From contig CM000432.1 in assembly GCA_000165345.1 (NCBI GenBank), forward strand, positions 832,001 through 896,000: 64,000 nucleotides of DNA, written 5' to 3'. Shown piece by piece: positions 11,501 to 21,085 of this stretch. The notes below the pieces were generated by a model. It made no database searches, was not told the DNA's origin, and saw only the letters and a program-made list of their open reading frames with translations. Every line of letters begins with the position of its first letter. The stretch's first letter is position 1. Both the position numbers and the translations under genes were made by a program.

Positions 11501-11608
11501 TGAATTACTAGTATTTATTGATTTTATCCCATTTATATTATTTATTACTATATAAGAGAATATAATCCATTTTAACAAAAAATTTATTAACATTAATTTC
11601 ATCATCAA
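8597..11608 (-). CDS. Secreted repeat protein of 1003 aa. It has a structured N-terminal domain, Ser-rich repeats of 34-44 aa, a Pro/Tyr-rich segment and an RS/KS-rich basic tail.
   Basis: Signal peptide MMMKLMLINFLLKWIIFSYIVINNINGI. Four copies of SYISQVEPSRDPSLSQ-x-V-SPTS(VPAS)n. Cys cluster CLNCNDIFKCPNC. Tail with KKRSKSGSKSRSKPRSRSRS. Confidence 0.6.
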   Translation of the reverse strand: MMMKLMLINFLLKWIIFSYIVINNINGIKSINTSNSVFPYSEQRNIFTDSLMLFVVDHLECIEKAKKDVIEKFNNDAKLQSIGLYRRIRVELRKKEEIKFIKEVSKMRPFSGLFPVLVGEVIDNSINYCIYKYVDINMWSGFKYGKKLPKELIKDLDKDLLENNTISILLFKGVWYIYEGKGYYSPIRIGENMQHIGIFSYSGIISSLHYIFIREEYREKSIIDNLGSHRKKKIDIDQNKMELLRQEFIFRRSLMNTINKEQDERMDMDARQMVILRDKINNDLKMEAVRNAGKSSVDSQEDCLNCNDIFKCPNCDLEIFPSENEIEFNSLVILKNRGFWYEDTVSSSNTRFQINLPFYDKMDLEKYNIYCNGNSFSTKDKIERDNGLKKEVISLPAEDISPIFDSDIDGEDHYYNNENDLSYGLTSLKDSGINQSNFSSSKSSSLGIANSQNSPQELFSLGSQNSPNSKDSHSNSFSKLNSQISSSTFILEPSKPITNNKFDVSNPDSKDSKKSLKRLPRPFGGSHLTSVDNTFVDSSLSQKAASPVITHVEPSKDPSLSQKVVSPTSVPASAPASASAPGSYISQVEPSRDPSLSQIVASPTSIPASVPNSAPGLYISQVEPSRDPSLSQAVVFSTSVPASVPASVPASVPASASAPGSYISQVEPSRDPSLSQTMVSSTSVPASAPTPGPAPVPAPNPSLATYPTPVPHPVPGPTLAPTALTYLAPPYPIPTSFAYPTPTPYPYLYPYPYHLTPFPYSPVPFPYPAQNSSLTPISNQTQYSTNNTTNGITLEPNSNKNATERSKSQNPDQSSEMSHSKKQDFSPSYRESSITSSRKEKKRSKSGSKSRSKPRSRSRSQNSKEKQEFQNNKKVKKRSQNSPNPKQSFLEKREQKRKRRSESEYSQYNSKLRSKSETIQITSKKHSHNLEIQVPTIKVKFMIDEERIIQDLIKTKQKENFDSIYQSISFNQQIQEFIEFESFWSNRKHSIINLTNNTYIYNL
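9560..9990. repeat. Four tandem coding repeats of variable length (98-132 nt) in the 8597..11608 gene
   Basis: The core TGAAAGACTCGGATC recurs at about 9584, 9716, 9818 and 9926. Confidence 0.7.
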
Positions 11609-11888
11609 TATTTTATTAACTATAAAATGCTCATCTTTAATATATATATATCACGCTTGTTATTATTTTATTATTAATATACTAAATCAAATTTTAAAAT
11701 TTTTTTAATAAAAAAAAAAAAGTAAAATAATAACTTCCTTCAAACTCTTTTCTTATCTCCTTTCTATTATTTGAAAAAAATCACACCGATTTGTTGTTAT
11801 CTTTCTTTTTTTTCTTTATCTTCTTCTATTGCAATTTTTATTTATATTAAGATCTTTTTTTTATATAAATACTATACTAATCACAAAA

Positions 11889-11957
11889 TTACCGCCAAAC
11901 TCCGGTATGTAAAAAAAATTTACTATGGTATCGGAATGCATGCATGTGCATGAAGAA
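11889..11957. promoter_or_regulatory. E2F-like GTTTGGCGGTAA (reverse strand) plus a GCATGCATGTGCATG cluster
   Basis: They lie about 285-350 nt upstream of the 8597..11608 gene start. A further site, AATGGCGGGAGAA, is at 12415..12427. Confidence 0.35.
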
Positions 11958-13839
11958 TAAAAATTAATATTCCATTCAAAATTAATAGATATTCCCAAAA
12001 GGTCTAAATATAGAATTCTTCTATTTCCCTCTCTATTTCACCACCACCCCCACTCCCTTCCTCTCCTCTCTTCCCCCATATATTTCTATTTAAATTTTCC
12101 TTGCTTTAAACAACTTTTTTTCCCAAAAAAGAAAAATATTTGGAAAATAATTTTAAAATATTCTCTACAAATCCCACTTTGTTTTTAAAATATGTTTTTT
12201 AAAATATCAAGAAGAGGGAAAAGAAAAAATGTATTAAAAAAAAAAAAAAAGTCGTCTCCTACACTCCTATCTACTTTCTAGACTTTAATATAAACTGTTA
12301 CATATAATACTTAAAAAACCTAAAAATAATCAAATAATTTGTCTAAAAACTCAATTTCTCGAAAACCTAATTTCTTTAAAGTCATAACTTCTTCAAAACT
12401 CAGAAATGCATGTAATGGCGGGAGAATTCCTTTCTAAGATTATATTTATATTTGCATGCATCCCATCCACACAATATTTATAATCAAAATGGAAAACACA
12501 AAAAAAGACAATAATCTAAATAATAATTAAGGTGCTATTTTTTTTAATGATTCCTCTCATTAATCACTGAGCTCCTATTCTTATTAACTCATAACTGAGT
12601 ATAAAAGCATCATAGTTTCTAATACCCAGAAAATAAACACTTGGTATAAAAAGGCCAACGAGTGAAATAATACCTGTTTCCCCAAAAGTAATTTCTCTTA
12701 TATTGTCTCTCTCCTCTCCCCCTTTGTAAGCCAGCTGCTTACTTTTTTTTTCAAGAATAAAGAGGAAAAACTTGAGTCATCATTGAATAGTGATGGAATA
12801 TAATAGTGGCATAAATACATATATAACATTTGAAATAATTTACTTTTCACTCTTTTTTCTACCTCTCTGGCAAAAAAAAAGAAAGTTTTAAAAACTCTTG
12901 TAGGAATACCATTAATTATTTCTAAATGGTAAGAAAAATCAAGAATTTAATAACTTCTGGTATTTTATATATATACATATCCCCACCATCTACAATATAT
13001 TGTATAGAATTTGAAATCCTATAATTACAATATACCATCCACCAATATATCAAACCTCTTTTTATTTATCTCTCTTCATATTTTGAGATTTTGTTTATTA
13101 TTCTTTCTTTAACTCTTCTCTAAAATATAATAATCATTATCAACTAGTAACTCAACCTCATAGCATAAACCATTCATTAGATTGATGAACATTTATAATG
13201 GAAAACCCCAATATTCCAACAAATCCAAAATATTATATATTAATGAGGACTGAAAGATTACAAGAAAATGATAAGTATAATTTCCGTTAATGGAGTTTAG
13301 TATTATCTAGAACACCATAAAATCGACGAAAAGTCAAAGAAACCAAACAAACTATTTCCCATCAATAAGCCTTTCCTCACTCTTAGGACCTTGAGTATTT
13401 TTTACTTGTTTAAATAATTAGTGTTTATTGGAAACTAAAGAAACTTTGAAGGAATACTTGGCCTTAACTTTAATGATGAATACACCCCTTAAGGTGGCTC
13501 AAGCTGTTCTGTATTAAGATATAGGTTGGGTATAATCAATCATCTTATGTGATGACAAAACCGTAATAATACTAATAAAAACTCGAATGATCAAACGGAT
13601 TTGCTGATTTTTTTTTGTACTGTGTACTCTTGTTACCATTAGTTTAAGTATAATCTTAAAGAAATCAAATAATCACAATGTTACACACTATTCTTTCCCT
13701 CTCTTTCTCTCCCTTTCAATCTCTTTCAATCTAACTAATCTCATAAATTCTGGTGAAAATTAAACCAGTATAAATAAAGAGTAATAAAAAAATGTATAAA
13801 TTGTTATCATATTTGATCTAAACTTGCTTTACTTCTTTC

Positions 13840-16800
13840 TTAATTGGAAGAAGGAAAACCTGACTCCTCACAAGCCTTGAGAATTGCACTACTTTGATTA
13901 GTAGTAAATGGATGACCATCATGAGAGGCTTGTTGTTCAAATGCTGATGAGCACTCATAAGCAAAGAAGGATGAGAATGTTTCATTCTTCTGTAAAGAAG
14001 CCTTCATAGATTCAAATACATGGCAAACTAAATGGAATGGAATAGATGAGGATGGAATAGTTCCAACAGTCTGAAGTTTGTGAAGAATTGAATATAATTT
14101 ATTAGCTCTTTCTTCCTCAAGTGGAGAAAATGCATAAGGAGAAGAGGTTCTGTAGCTCATCAAAGAAGAACATCCTTCTACCTTTCCATCAATACCTATA
14201 GCAACACAAACTTTCTCTACTCTGCTCTGTGAAACTGTGTAACCAAGTCTAAGTAATGTTGGATAGAGAACTCTAGCACATTCCTTTGCTGTCTTTGTTT
14301 CTTGAATTGATGATGAAATATCACATGCATTTCTTCTATCCATTGTACTGACAGAACTTCTTGGAAGAATCTTTGTTGACTTCATATAAAGTCTGAAGGC
14401 AATTTGGTTACCTCTAACAGTCATTGAAGAATATCCCATTCTAGTACAAAATACATCTCTGTTTTGAGGTTTAATTGAACTGGAAACCTCAGTCTTTTGA
14501 CCTCTAGAAGATCTTACTGGCTTTCTTGCTGCACTTCCTGGTACAACATATCCTTCAGGATATAAACCCGGAGTCTTTTGTCTAACTAATGCTTTCTCAA
14601 CATAATTCAAAGCTTTTTCTCCAACCTTTGAACCTACAACTGGACCAGAAGTTATTGGAACTCCTCTTTCATCTCTTCTTACATTAGAATAGTTAATTCT
14701 TGATTTTGGAATTGCTGGTCTTCTGAAATATGGAATAGCTGGAAGAACAAGCTTCTTTGGCTTCTGATAACCTGGAGCTGGTTTTGTAAGAACCTCTGGC
14801 TCAACAATTGATGAAGGAGATGATACAGAATTGAATTCAGAGATAGAATTGTCTTTCTGTGATGTAACACCCTTCTTTGAACTAGTATCAGAAAACATCT
14901 TTTCAATAGTAGACTGTTTCTCAGCAATTTCAGAAATCATACTATTGATCTTAATACCATCAGCTGAAGTCTCTGATCTTTTTGAGTAAATCAAGTAATT
15001 CTTGAGGAGTAACCTTTGTCTACTGTAAACTTCCATAATCTGATCAAAGTATCTTAAAGCAAAATCTGCCAATTGAACTTGGTTATGAGTAGATGAAATC
15101 TTGACCAAAAGCTTATAAAGAACGCTAAGTCTAGGCTCAACATCGGCAAAGAACTTCTTCAAAGCTCTTCTCTCAGTCTTTTGGAGCCTTCTCTCCTTAA
15201 GAGCAGACAAGTACTTCTCAATTTGGCTTTGTACATGTTGAATTCTGACGAGAAGAGATGAAATCTTTGAAGTACTGCTTGGAAGAGGAGTTTTAGAAAG
15301 AGTTGATTGTGTGAGAATTGGAGAAAGGGATAATGATGGAGTAGCATTCATTGTCTGAGAATTTCCTGAGATGTTTCTATCCACAGATTTAAGTTTCTCA
15401 GTTAATTGACGTGAAGCATGGAGAAGCTTTTGAAGAATCTTCTTAAACTCTTCAATTTCAGACTTTGACTTGAATGAGATGTTTGGTTGCTGGAGCTTCT
15501 TATTAATCTTAGAAAGCTTGGAAGATACCTTATGAACCTTCTTTGTTAAAGATTCAAAATCATTCTTAATAGAAGAATCACTAATTGGAGATGAACTAAT
15601 GGTTTGAACTAATCTCTGACATTCCTTGTTAGAATTTGAAATATCCATGTATAAGGTCTTGAGTTCAGTAATGGATGAATCAAAAGCGGTTTTATCAGTT
15701 GATGATGGAGAGATTGAAATTGATGAAGATAATGAAATTGATGGTGAATCTGCGACTCCTGAAATAGATGCAGGAATTGAAGAAATAGCATCCTCAAGTT
15801 GTGAAGCTAATTCAGATCTTCTGCTCTCAGTATCCTTAAGAATCTCCTTTGTAAGAGATCTATCTTCTTGAGAGAGTGAGGGACTTCTTAAAATGCTTTC
15901 TAACTGAGCAATCTGTGAAGAGAGTGCATTTTGCTGACTTGAAACTCTATCAACAAATATACCTGCAACAGAAACTTCAATTGAAGCTTCAGCTGACATT
16001 TCTAAAGTTGTCTTAGGCTCTGGAACTGCAATTAGGATTCTTTGGATTTGTTGAATTGGAGAAGCAGCTATAATTTCTTGTTCTACAACCTTTTGTTTAT
16101 CATTAAGCTGCTTAATAACACCAACTATTTTGTGCATATCAGAAGCAGAAAGTGGATTCTCTAAAATCTTACTAATACTTTGTTGCTGTTCTTGAAGGAA
16201 TTTTTGAGTCTTTGATTGTTCATCAAGAACCTGTAAAGAAATCTGAAGTGCTGGAGAAAGATCTGAAACACTTTGTGGTGGTAAAGATGTATGTGGACTT
16301 GCTGAGACATCTTTTGGAAGAAGAACTTCAGTAGTTGTTCCTGTTAGAGTTAAACCATAGAATGAAATGGTTGTAGCCCCTGATAATAATGGAATTAAAT
16401 CAATTGGGAACAACTTTGATGAGAAGATAACAACATCTACTCCATGTGGCATTGCCTTATTGAATGCAGCCTGAGCTGAAGTACAAACGCTTTGTACTGC
16501 ATTATTGCTGAGACCATAAATGCTTTCTGGACCATAACTGGTGGAGAATATCTTAAGACATTGAGCATAGAATGATGAAGCTGAAGTAAGAGAATTGTAG
16601 TCAAATTCAGAAATCATCTGATCCAAATCATTAGAGCTTGAGAAAGGAGCAGAATCATAAGAATATGGAGCTGAGCCAAATACAGCAAGCTTTGCAGCAA
16701 ATAGCTTTAATTGATCTCTATTGGGAATGATTTCAGAGTATTCATTCAAGTAATATGAATATTTCTGACAGATTGAATCAATAAGAGATTCTTGGAAATC

Positions 16801-18576
16801 AGCAGATTTAAAGAGTTGAGAAACAACAGATTTGCATGTTGCAAGTGATGTTCCATCAACATGTTTAGCAATAGTGGCAAATTGTTCTTCAACATAGTAA
16901 TTGGTAAGTACTGAAACAGCTTCTTGATCGGCTTGGATTGAAAGTTTGAAGATTGCTCTTAAAGTAGATGGAGTAAATGTCTTGTAGAATCTAACCATTT
17001 CAGTATATGACTCTCTCCATACTTGTCTACAAACCTTAATGGCATCAGATGAGTTATAAGAAGAACCATTTCTTAGATTCAAATGTTTAAACAATAAATC
17101 TACCTCAAAGATACAACTCATTGCAAAATTGATCAAATTGATCTTGGATGTAACACTTGAAGCATACTGATTGAGCTGAGCTTGATCAGTGAAATAGCTA
17201 GAGAGAGCAGATTTCATGAACTTGGTAATATCAAATTTCTGGAATTTGGAAGATGTAGGCATTGCTGTGGTTGTGATGGTAGTAGTGTCTGTTGCAATTG
17301 CACTAATTGATACATCTTTTGGTGTAATAGCAGAAAGTTCAGGAATAGACAAAGTTTCGGGTGTCTTAACTGGTTTTTCAACTGAAACATCTGGAGATGC
17401 TGGTGATTCCTCTGGAGCACCAGTGGACTCTTCTGCTTCCAAACCATGTGAAGCGTCATAACTATTTGGATTCATATCAATATCAGAGCGCCTTGATGCA
17501 AGAGATAAATCATCCTGGATATAACTCTGCTTAACCTCAACTTCTGGCTCTTTAAGAATTTCCAATGGTTCAACTGGAACACTAGAATCTTCATGAATAT
17601 CCAACTGAGATTCAAGAAGCTTAATCTTCTCATCAGTACGTTTAATTCTCTCCTCAATGTTAAGTTGTTGTTTCTTTGCCTTAAATACAAGGTCAATAGC
17701 ACTGTCTCTCTTTCTCTTCTCAGACATGAAGTGCCCATAAGCCTCTTGATATCTTAATTTAAGTCTTGCAATTTCATCCTCTTGAGCAACAATTGAGACA
17801 TTTGGAACAGTTCCAGACTTTTGCATATTTAGTAATTGCTCTTCATGTTGAGCAATAGCATCCTTAATTTGGTTAACTGACAAAATTAAAGACTTAATGT
17901 TATCGTCAATGGATTTACGATACTTCTCAGCATCAGAAACAACTTTGAGTACTTCAGAAAGTACCTTCTTTTCATTAGCAACTTTTTCTTTATATGAATA
18001 ATAAAGTTCACTATCTTTAGAAACATCTTTTCCGATTTCATATTCGTCAAAGCTTACTTCTGGTTCAACAGTGTACTGTAACTGTTTAATATCTCTAAGC
18101 TTAGCTTTTTCAGAATCAATTGGCATAGTGTAAATGTATGGCTCTTCCTTAATTTTCTCAAATTGAACAAATTCCAAATCATCAGTACTTGTTTGTTTAT
18201 CAAATGGAGAAATAACACCTTCTCTCTCTGAAACTTCTTCAATTTCACCTTGGAATTTTGGTGCTTTTGGAATAACCACTTTATGAGTTTCAGTGCTTGT
18301 TCCTTGATCAGCTTGAGAATATTCCTTTGGTGCTGGAAAGTCTCCACTTGGATCCATCAAAGCAATAGAAATATCTGGAGATTGCTCATTTTCTCCCTCA
18401 CTAGAATCTGCCTCCTCAGTCATACTACTTTCTTGATTACCAGAACCTGTTTGTGTGGATTGATCTACAGCCTTTTTTGGGCTTGATCCCAAAGTTTGAT
18501 TAATAGTCAAGAATAAGAGTACTAAAAAGATACAAAGCCATGCCAACTTGGCTCTGCTAGCAAAAATTGCCTTCAT
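13840..18576 (-). CDS. Large secreted protein of 1578 aa with coiled-coil-like central regions and a Cys-containing C-terminal domain
   Basis: Signal peptide LAWLCIFLVLLFLTINQTLG. Single uninterrupted ORF. Heptad-like Lys/Glu/Leu/Gln-rich stretches. Confidence 0.6.
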   Translation of the reverse strand: MKAIFASRAKLAWLCIFLVLLFLTINQTLGSSPKKAVDQSTQTGSGNQESSMTEEADSSEGENEQSPDISIALMDPSGDFPAPKEYSQADQGTSTETHKVVIPKAPKFQGEIEEVSEREGVISPFDKQTSTDDLEFVQFEKIKEEPYIYTMPIDSEKAKLRDIKQLQYTVEPEVSFDEYEIGKDVSKDSELYYSYKEKVANEKKVLSEVLKVVSDAEKYRKSIDDNIKSLILSVNQIKDAIAQHEEQLLNMQKSGTVPNVSIVAQEDEIARLKLRYQEAYGHFMSEKRKRDSAIDLVFKAKKQQLNIEERIKRTDEKIKLLESQLDIHEDSSVPVEPLEILKEPEVEVKQSYIQDDLSLASRRSDIDMNPNSYDASHGLEAEESTGAPEESPASPDVSVEKPVKTPETLSIPELSAITPKDVSISAIATDTTTITTTAMPTSSKFQKFDITKFMKSALSSYFTDQAQLNQYASSVTSKINLINFAMSCIFEVDLLFKHLNLRNGSSYNSSDAIKVCRQVWRESYTEMVRFYKTFTPSTLRAIFKLSIQADQEAVSVLTNYYVEEQFATIAKHVDGTSLATCKSVVSQLFKSADFQESLIDSICQKYSYYLNEYSEIIPNRDQLKLFAAKLAVFGSAPYSYDSAPFSSSNDLDQMISEFDYNSLTSASSFYAQCLKIFSTSYGPESIYGLSNNAVQSVCTSAQAAFNKAMPHGVDVVIFSSKLFPIDLIPLLSGATTISFYGLTLTGTTTEVLLPKDVSASPHTSLPPQSVSDLSPALQISLQVLDEQSKTQKFLQEQQQSISKILENPLSASDMHKIVGVIKQLNDKQKVVEQEIIAASPIQQIQRILIAVPEPKTTLEMSAEASIEVSVAGIFVDRVSSQQNALSSQIAQLESILRSPSLSQEDRSLTKEILKDTESRRSELASQLEDAISSIPASISGVADSPSISLSSSISISPSSTDKTAFDSSITELKTLYMDISNSNKECQRLVQTISSSPISDSSIKNDFESLTKKVHKVSSKLSKINKKLQQPNISFKSKSEIEEFKKILQKLLHASRQLTEKLKSVDRNISGNSQTMNATPSLSLSPILTQSTLSKTPLPSSTSKISSLLVRIQHVQSQIEKYLSALKERRLQKTERRALKKFFADVEPRLSVLYKLLVKISSTHNQVQLADFALRYFDQIMEVYSRQRLLLKNYLIYSKRSETSADGIKINSMISEIAEKQSTIEKMFSDTSSKKGVTSQKDNSISEFNSVSSPSSIVEPEVLTKPAPGYQKPKKLVLPAIPYFRRPAIPKSRINYSNVRRDERGVPITSGPVVGSKVGEKALNYVEKALVRQKTPGLYPEGYVVPGSAARKPVRSSRGQKTEVSSSIKPQNRDVFCTRMGYSSMTVRGNQIAFRLYMKSTKILPRSSVSTMDRRNACDISSSIQETKTAKECARVLYPTLLRLGYTVSQSRVEKVCVAIGIDGKVEGCSSLMSYRTSSPYAFSPLEEERANKLYSILHKLQTVGTIPSSSIPFHLVCHVFESMKASLQKNETFSSFFAYECSSAFEQQASHDGHPFTTNQSSAILKACEESGFPSSN

Positions 18577-18840
18577 TCTTTGCTAATAATTTGTATTATA
18601 TATATTTACTATAAGATGATATATTCTTCGACTTGTCTTCCTATTAAATCCCCTATTTTCCCTAAATAGTTTCCTGGCAGAACCTATTATTCACTCTCTT
18701 AAACTCTACCTTCCTTTTCTTCCTAACAAACTGATTTTATAATTCCCTTGTAGAATTAATCACTCAATCTCCTTCACTGAATGAGTTCTCCCTCATTTCC
18801 TGATCTATTTCCTATACTGAATCTATTAATTCATTAGATC

Positions 18841-18880
18841 GCATGCCGCCTGAAGCATGCGCGCCAACCCCATGGGCGCG
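18841..18880. promoter_or_regulatory. GC-rich island GCATGCCGCCTGAAGCATGCGCGCCAACCCCATGGGCGCG
   Basis: Two GCATGC cores plus an E2F-like GCGCGCCAA, about 265 nt upstream of the 13840..18576 gene start. Confidence 0.4.
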
Positions 18881-19244
18881 TTATCTCGAAATTATTTAAA
18901 GATTTAATTCCGGTAAAGTATTTATAGTAGAAAAGTTTATTATTATTTTCCTTTCTTCCAGCAAATGTTTGTTAATAATTTGTTTGAATACTCTTTTCAG
19001 TTGTTGGAATTATTTCTAAAACAAAATAGAGGAAAAAAATGTAATTTGTGACTATTATACTATATTATTCAAAAAGAGTCCATTAATACTATTTCTATCT
19101 ATCTAACTTGCCTTCTCTAAAATTCTACATTTTAAATTATTTTCAATATTTACTCCTAATAGTGTTGATGTTATTAGTAATATTAATAATTGAAAAGGAG
19201 GTTAGTTTTTACTATTCTCTTGTAAATTAATAGTTAATTTGTGA

Positions 19245-19266
19245 GTTGCCGCCATTTTTTGGCAAC
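19245..19266. promoter_or_regulatory. Inverted repeat GTTGCC-GCCATTTTTT-GGCAAC with an E2F-like core
   Basis: It lies about 360 nt upstream of the 19624 gene. Confidence 0.3.
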
Positions 19267-19623
19267 TTTAATTTACATGCAATTTCCCCACATGGTTACT
19301 TTATCCAATAAATATCCAATAGACATAACAGAAATATACATATGGACAGTACATGTATGGATATTTGCCATATTATTGGTAACGCGTTTAGATCCAATTA
19401 ATTTCATATCTGGAATTGTTTGGCTAAATTTGTAGTTTTAATATTAACGAGGAGCAAAAAAAACTTTCAAGTTTACTTATAATTAAAAGAGTGGGTTAGA
19501 AGTTAATAGTAATTGTGAACATTGTTAAGTGGTTAACAGCACTTTTATCTAAATTGTTATACATATCGTTTTCTTAATAATTGTTTTTAATATAATTTTA
19601 AAGAAAAAAATAAAGAAATTAAA

Positions 19624-20346
19624 ATGGTTTCATTAAGATTGTTATTCATTATAGCTCTAACAGCTTTAATTCAAAATGTCAGATCATCAAATATCATTTT
19701 GAATGAGAACTACACGAAGATTTCTGAAAAAGAGTCTATCATTGAAAGTTTGGAGATTATTAAAAGAGAGTACGATCAGGGCAAGAATTTGACTGATTTA
19801 ATCAAAGATCTTGAACATTCTGAAGAAAATAGGGAGCTTTTCGAGAATATGGATACTAATACAACTGAAATTATTTCAGATTCCTGGGATAAAATTGAAG
19901 CTGCTATGAAAAATACTACTGTCGTGACTCCAGTTGCTCCTTTTAACAGCTCCTCAATTGGAAGTTGTGTGAAACTTGCTTCAGATGTGAATATTGTCTT
20001 TGGTTCTCACAGAGATGAATTCCAAAATGCTGTTGCAAAATGCTCCAGGAAAGCTCTTGGGAGCTATAAGAATACATTTAGGTGTATTTCAAAGCTTAGT
20101 TTTGATGGTTTAAAATTATCAGCTCAATGTAATGATTGCTGGGCAAAAACTGCTCATTGTGGAGTTAAGCACTGTGCCTCCCAGTGCTTGTTTAACACAT
20201 GTGTTGCTAAGTGTCAGAAATGTTCAATTAGAGAATGTTCCAAACAGCTTAACGAATGTGCAGGGACTACATGGATGCCTTTACCTTGCGCTCTAGATCC
20301 TCACAAACCAATCCCTGATCATTTTAAAGCAAATGACCCCAAGTAA
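19624..20346 (+). CDS. Small secreted Cys-rich protein of 240 aa. It is a stand-alone copy of the C-terminal Cys-rich module of the downstream Kazal gene.
   Basis: Signal peptide MVSLRLLFIIALTALIQNVRS. C-terminal segment CNDCWAKTAHCGVKHCASQCLFNTCVAKCQKCSIRECSKQLNECAGTTWMPLPCALDP aligns with the Kazal-gene tail [58 protein letters not shown]. Confidence 0.6.
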   Translation: MVSLRLLFIIALTALIQNVRSSNIILNENYTKISEKESIIESLEIIKREYDQGKNLTDLIKDLEHSEENRELFENMDTNTTEIISDSWDKIEAAMKNTTVVTPVAPFNSSSIGSCVKLASDVNIVFGSHRDEFQNAVAKCSRKALGSYKNTFRCISKLSFDGLKLSAQCNDCWAKTAHCGVKHCASQCLFNTCVAKCQKCSIRECSKQLNECAGTTWMPLPCALDPHKPIPDHFKANDPK

Positions 20347-20883
20347 ACTTTCATTTGACAACATAAAGGCAATTACAAGGGGGATAATAATCGTGTAATA
20401 TTCTTCCTCTCAATCTTCTTATTATGCTCCTTTCTTTTTTCAGGATGAGAAGATAATATCTACCCTAATTTCTATGTTTGTTAAATACATATCTCGATCA
20501 TTCTCATTTAAGGAAAGAGAAACAATTGTCTATAGATAGAGTATTTTTCTTTTAGATCGTTTTAATTAGGATTTTTACAATTATTTAGAGTCTTTACAAA
20601 ATCTTTATCTAGTTTTTAATGTGATTTTGTCATAAAAATTGATGACTAATATTTTTTCCCTAAGTTAAACAATGACTTGTTTTTCACTCTAAATTAATCA
20701 GTTTTATCCCAAGTTAATTATATAGATTTATTATTATCAAGTGAGTAAATAAAAAGGAAGAAGTGTGAAAAAAAAATCTTTACAATTATCAATAAAGTCA
20801 TCCCCTACATATGTTAATTCTCTCCATTACTCTTTTCTTCACTCGTTTAAAATTATAAATTATACTCGGCATAAGCGCCACAA

Positions 20884-20902
20884 TTTGCGCGCCTTTACCG
20901 GT
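20884..20902. promoter_or_regulatory. TTTGCGCGCCTTT E2F-like site abutting ACCGGT
   Basis: It lies about 190 nt upstream of the Kazal gene start. Confidence 0.35.
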
Positions 20903-21085
20903 ACTGATTAATATATAACATAAATATAGGCAATTAATTAAATAAATTAGAGGCAAGGCAAAAAAAAATCTTAAATTAAATAATACAATTAAAAAATGAC
21001 CGGGTTAGAGGATAAACGTAAAAGTATAACTTAAACAATTCGGTCGTTAATCAGTAAAGTAATTCTTTTACATAATTATTAAAAT

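Noticed and set aside
11771-11953. Small intergenic ORFs (11771..11953, 19241..19435, 33631..33855, 48413..48724, 52417..52665, 59451..59633)
   Set aside because: They are short and AT-rich with a hydrophobic or low-complexity composition, and lie in promoter spacers. There is no supporting homology or start context. They are likely chance ORFs.},{
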